Below are positions 59,940-64,000 of a stretch of 64,000 nt of DNA, piece by piece. How positions within the stretch are numbered: position 1 is the first letter of the stretch; each line of letters starts with the position of its first letter. Under the pieces are notes generated by a model, which worked only from the letters and a program-made list of their open reading frames with translations, was not told the DNA's origin and searched no databases. The stretch is from NCBI RefSeq assembly GCF_031769215.1, contig NW_026782081.1, positions 2,294,001-2,358,000 of the forward strand, given 5' to 3'. Source of the stretch: Ylistrum balloti (taxonomy: Eukaryota). The position numbers were made by a program, and so were the translations under genes.

Positions 59940-62326
59940 CGCACGCACACATGTAATACATGCTAAGTGAACTTAATTTGACATCTTCAGCATAGTCGTC
60001 TTATAAACACCATGTTGACTGTGCATATAAGCTATCTTGAATTTTAAATTTATCATCCCTACCATTTTATTGTGTCGTTTTCATAATCATTTATAAAGAA
60101 TTATGCTTAATTATGGAGTTGTTGACTATGTTTCCGATATGTAGCTCCTCGCTTCTAACATAACTAGCAATTTCCAGAGGGACGAAAGATTGAATAATGT
60201 AATTCAATCAATTAAACGACATGTACTGGATCAATCATTATATTAACAATGATGATCCTTTTGTTTCCACAGCCACTTTGGATTTTACGACGCTAATGAT
60301 ACAGTAGTGCCAATGGAAAAACAAAGGGTATGTAATGCTAAGTATGGTTCTATATCACAAGGTACAGGGACATAGCTCCTGTAGTACCACTGTGAGGAAC
60401 AGAAGGTTTGTAATGTAAATAATACAACGTCACAGTAGTACCACTGTGAGGAACAGAAGGTTTGTAATGTAAATAATACAACGTCACAGTAGTACCACTG
60501 TGAGGAACAGAAGGTTTGTGGTGTAAATAATACAACGTCACAGTAGTACCACTGTGAGGAACAGAAGGTTTGTGGTGTAAATAATACAACATCACAGTAG
60601 TACCACTGTGAGGAACAGAAGGTTTGTAATGTAAATATTACAACGTCACAGTAGTACCACTGTGAGGAACAGAAGGTTTGTAATGTAAATAATACAACGT
60701 CACAGTAGTACCACTGTGAGGAACAGAAGGTTTGTAATGTAAATAATACACGTCACAGTAGTACCACTGTGAGGAACAGAAGGTTTGTGGTGTAAATAAT
60801 ACAACGTCACAGTAGTACCATTGTGAGGAACAGAAGGTTTGTAATGTAAATAATACAACGTCACAGTAGTACCATTGTGAGGAGCAGAAGGTTTGTAATG
60901 TAAATAATACAACATCACAGTAGTACCACTGTGAGGAACAGAAGGTTTGTAATGTAAATAATACAACGTCACAGTAGTACCACTGTGAGGAACAGAAGGT
61001 TTGTAATGTAAATAATACAACGTCACAGTAGTACCACTGTGAGGAACAGAAGGTTTGTAATGTAAATAATACAACGTCACAGTAGTACCACTGTGAGGAA
61101 CAGAAGGTTTGTAATGTTAATGAAAAGATCCGTCACTGTATTAAGATTTTAAGAAATTTAAGATTTTTTTTGTAGACGTAAGAAACTTTGTGTAAAATTT
61201 AGGAACAGAAGGTTTGTGGTGTAAATAATACAACATCACAGTAGTACCACTGTGAGGAACAGAAGGTTTGTAATGTTAATGAAAAGATCCGTCACTGTAT
61301 TAAGATTTTAAGAAATTTAAGAATTTTTTTGTAGATAATGAAACTCGTGAATTTATCTATCAATAACATGTCTCTCAAAATATTTGCGTATCGTTTCTAG
61401 AGAAGATAAAGGGAGACAACTCCTTCATCTCGCATAAGTGGTCTTGGTGATTTGGATATCGACTTTATCTTGAGTTTTAATTATAATGTTTACAGAAAAA
61501 TCAAGTTTAGTTTTCAGAAAAACTGATATGATAGAATGAAACATATCTATATATAAACAAAATCAAACGCTGGGTGTTCCCTCAAAAATGATTTGATGTA
61601 GAGTAAGCTGTATATTAAAATTTTGTTTTTATTTTGATGAATGATGCTCCTGTTTTGCTGACACTTATTCAAACTTTATCCTTACACTGACACTGTATTT
61701 TATCCTGAAACACTGTTTAGTATAAGTCGCATAGCATTGATACACAATAGAAAATACCTGAACATATATAAAACACATTACATACAAATCCATTCATAAC
61801 ATTACATATGCACAACATGTTCTCACCCAATTGGAAACAACCCTTTCATGATTTACAAAGGATGACACATCAATAAACTTTCGGTTGAGTTTTAAACTCT
61901 ACATCAACAACACTAATAAATAAATCTGACAGTGTATAGGATTTCAGGTGCAGAGAGAAAATCTGTTCAATAACATTTCACTATCCACCGTTAAATGGCG
62001 AAACATAGTGCATCAACATGAGGTATCTATTTCAGGTTTGGTGCATATATAATGTTCAGCTGTTCTCTTACATGTACAATAGTTATTTATTATTATTTCT
62101 ATTATTATTAATTATATTTTTAATTTCCTTTAGTTATGATTTTGTAATATATGCAATTATCCTGTGTATACTTTTCCAGTTTTATGAGCAAGATTCGTTC
62201 GGATTGAAGACGTTGGATGCACGTGGGGACATCTATACCTACATCGTACCTGGTGTACAACACACAAACTGGATAAAGAACCGGATGGTGTTTGAAAAAT
62301 TCATCAAACCATGGCTGACAGAGTAG
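50908..62326 (+). CDS. PPT2: Lysosomal thioesterase PPT2-like, 288-290 aa, two alternative first exons
   Basis: Exons 50908-51054 or 54711-54851, then 57189-57342, 57661-57753, 58203-58257, 58611-58663, 59043-59126, 59520-59604, 60273-60327 and 62180-62326; phases consistent. Signal peptide, MHG oxyanion motif, nucleophile [26 protein letters not shown], Asp in [21 protein letters not shown], His in VQHTNW and C-terminal PWL follow the PPT2 pattern. Confidence 0.92.
51413..51444 (+). promoter_or_regulatory. Cluster of three E-boxes incl. MiT/TFE (CLEAR/M-box)-type sites
   Basis: TCACATGA 51413-51420, TCACGTGA(C) 51425-51433 and CATATG 51439-51444, just downstream of PPT2 exon 1a. Confidence 0.45.
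52384..53470. repeat. Minisatellite, 44-bp unit, ~24 copies, between PPT2 exons 1a and 1b
   Basis: CAGCAGTATGATCTGATATCGATGTTTCCTATATATTGTGTTAT; unrelated to the 29-kb 44-mer. Confidence 0.97.
54711..54851 (+). CDS. PPT2: PPT2 first exon 1b
   Basis: [50 protein letters not shown]|GTACAT, phase 0. Confidence 0.85.
56511..56999. other. Assembly gap (489 N)
   Basis: N run between PPT2 exon 1b and exon 2. Confidence 1.
57189..57342 (+). CDS. PPT2: PPT2 exon 2
   Basis: [38 protein letters not shown]; weak donor GTTTTT. Confidence 0.88.
57661..57753 (+). CDS. PPT2: PPT2 exon 3
   Basis: [31 protein letters not shown]. Confidence 0.9.
58203..58257 (+). CDS. PPT2: PPT2 exon 4
   Basis: [19 protein letters not shown]; ttttccag / GTTAGT. 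Confidence 0.88.
58611..58663 (+). CDS. PPT2: PPT2 exon 5
   Basis: [17 protein letters not shown]. Confidence 0.88.
59043..59126 (+). CDS. PPT2: PPT2 exon 6
   Basis: [28 protein letters not shown]. Confidence 0.88.
59520..59604 (+). CDS. PPT2: PPT2 exon 7
   Basis: [28 protein letters not shown]. Confidence 0.92.
59895..59950. repeat. (CA)n microsatellite
   Basis: Visible run. Confidence 0.95.
60100..60215 (+). mobile_element. Highly degenerate retrozyme-like fragment (copy F)
   Basis: TAATTATGGAGTTGTTG, GCTCCTC and TCCAGAGGGACGAAA blocks occur in family order. Confidence 0.4.
60273..60327 (+). CDS. PPT2: PPT2 exon 8
   Basis: [19 protein letters not shown]. Confidence 0.9.
60375..61275. 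repeat. Minisatellite, 54-bp unit, ~14 copies plus duplicated end, in last PPT2 intron
   Basis: CAGTAGTACCACTGTGAGGAACAGAAGGTTTGTAATGTAAATAATACAACGTCA. Confidence 0.97.
62180..62326 (+). CDS. PPT2: PPT2 terminal exon
   Basis: [30 protein letters not shown]. Confidence 0.92.
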   Translation, partial: FYEQDSFGLKTLDARGDIYTYIVPGVQHTNWIKNRMVFEKFIKPWLTE

Positions 62327-63727
62327 TTTCGAGTAATTCATGTGTAGCCTGAGAATTTATAACAGCTCAATACCAAAATCGTAATATATAGTATTTGTTT
62401 TTGGTGTGCATAATAGACAGTATATCAGTAATATATAACGCTATACTCGTGATAGAAAAAAACAAATGACAAAAGACACACAAACCAATACCATCTTTAT
62501 TTATATTTTTGATTAATTAAGTGAGATATAGTTCTTTACAGATGCTCGTTTATAATTATTCATTTCATTTCTTCTGCATGCTGATGCCTTAAAGATAGTG
62601 ATATTAATGGAGATTAACATAACAATACCGGTGTACATTATCACAACCAGACGGAAACATGCTGCAATATGAAGACGATCACCAGTAACAATATGATACA
62701 ATTAAGGAATAGTTTTTTTATAAAACATATGAAATTAATGACTTTGTGTTTTATGTACTTGTATTTTATAATGTTTGTCGAGTTGTTTTCCCAGACATTT
62801 AATTAACATTATTTTTATTAATTTTCATTCCAAAATAGTTTTTGATTTTGAGAAAGAAATACCAGTTACACCAACTTTTTAATTATCTGGCATAAATTTG
62901 TAAAGATTTCACTGAGTGTGTAGGCAGTTTTAGGATATTTATGGTATTCATTAAAGGTTTAATGTCTTTATGCAAAAAAAGCAACACTTAATATGAGTTA
63001 AAAAGGAATGAAACAGAAATAGATTTATTGCTTTAAACTCGCAAAAAATCACAACTTAATGATTCAAAACTTTTAGTTTAAATAAGTTTCATGAAAAGAA
63101 ATGAAGTATGTTGTTCCGATCATTATTAATGATACACAAAGTATGATGCTTAATATCTCATAGTTTTGTTTTATATACTTTTCAGTGCCATTAATGCAGA
63201 TTTTAAATCACCAAACAGTCTTGTTTATTTTGATATTGTTTTTACGTGAAATGATATCCCGGTGTTTCAAATTAATGTTATCTGTTTTAACACTGCCAAA
63301 CAAATCATGGCTTTGATACAGGTTTTTTTACTATAAACTTCGATTTCGCTGCAAAATCAACGACATTTTTTAATGTGTATCCCAGCGGGTTTAAAAAAAA
63401 TAATTATAATATTCCAAAATATATTAAGAAACTTATTGGTGTTTTGAATAAAATACACGGTATACAATAACACCTAAATTTTACCCTTTATGTTGCATAC
63501 TACATGGGATTACTAATTACGGTCATTTTTCTTGTTTTCTATGCTTATTCTAAGGTAGTTGTTTTATCCAGAGTTCAGGCTTATATCGTACTTATAGAGC
63601 TCCGCGTTTCATTTACGCTTCTAATGAGAAAATATAGTAATCGTATTGTTATTAAAAACATAAACTAATTTTGGATGCTTTTAAGATAGCGATTTGAAAA
63701 ATCACGGCATTATTTACGCAGAAAATT

Positions 63728-63742
63728 GCCGCTAGAGGGCTC
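63728..63742 (+). promoter_or_regulatory. Candidate CTCF site
   Basis: GCCGCTAGAGGGCTC resembles the CTCF core; lies in repeat-like sequence. Confidence 0.3.
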
Positions 63743-63883
63743 TAACTCTTTTCGATATTTCAGCCAATGAGAAGGCCAGGATCGGTAAATTTTGTTTGAA
63801 AGGCCGTCGCAATAGGCTATGCGTACTAAGTACGTTTAGCCTAAAAACATGTTTCAGCGACAATAATGTAGTGTATATTTTTC

Positions 63884-64000
63884 ACTTTATCAATAGGTGG
63901 GTGAACAAGTTACCACCTTACATACTGACTACTGGTATACAGGTTGATGACTTTATCAATAGGTGGGAGGACGAATTACCACCTTACATACTGACCGCTG
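63884..64000. repeat. Direct repeat, 66-bp period, runs to window edge
   Basis: ACTTTATCAATAGGTGGG..TTACCACCTTACATACTGAC at 63884 and 63950. Confidence 0.85.

Noticed and set aside
60350-61080. 81- and 126-aa ORFs ([18 protein letters not shown])n
   Set aside because: Translation of the 54-bp intronic minisatellite.

Overview
AT-rich eukaryotic genomic DNA with spliceosomal introns. The repeat content suggests a bivalve mollusc (inference). I reconstructed four protein-coding loci by hand from GT/AG sites and codon phase. (1) The first coding exon of a uridine-cytidine kinase (minus, 316-429; the gene runs off the left edge). (2) A 13-exon, ~1200-aa DTHD1/PIDD-like protein (minus, 6699-19547) with an acidic disordered N-terminus, ZU5-ZU5-UPA and TWO death domains. 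(3) A 7-exon, 357-aa BTB-less six-blade kelch protein (plus, 27513-47191). (4) A lysosomal thioesterase PPT2 (plus, 50908-62326) with two duplicated promoter + signal-peptide first exons. Introns and spacers hold many unrelated minisatellites (23, 34, 39, 42, 44, 44, 54, 81 and 84 bp units), two tRNA-derived SINEs, a Penelope-like RT relic and a 489-nt assembly gap. The long ORFs at 38-41 kb and 60-61 kb are satellite artefacts. The most striking signal is a dispersed ~360-400 bp repeat family (7 copies or fragments). Its consensus contains a complete minimal type I hammerhead ribozyme (GCATCA-CTGACGA-GTCC-loop-GGAC-GAAA-CAGCTG-TA-TGATGC) with a palindromic helix III, covarying helix I and terminal redundancy, i.e. 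a retrozyme-like element. All analysis was by eye; no database search or folding program was run.
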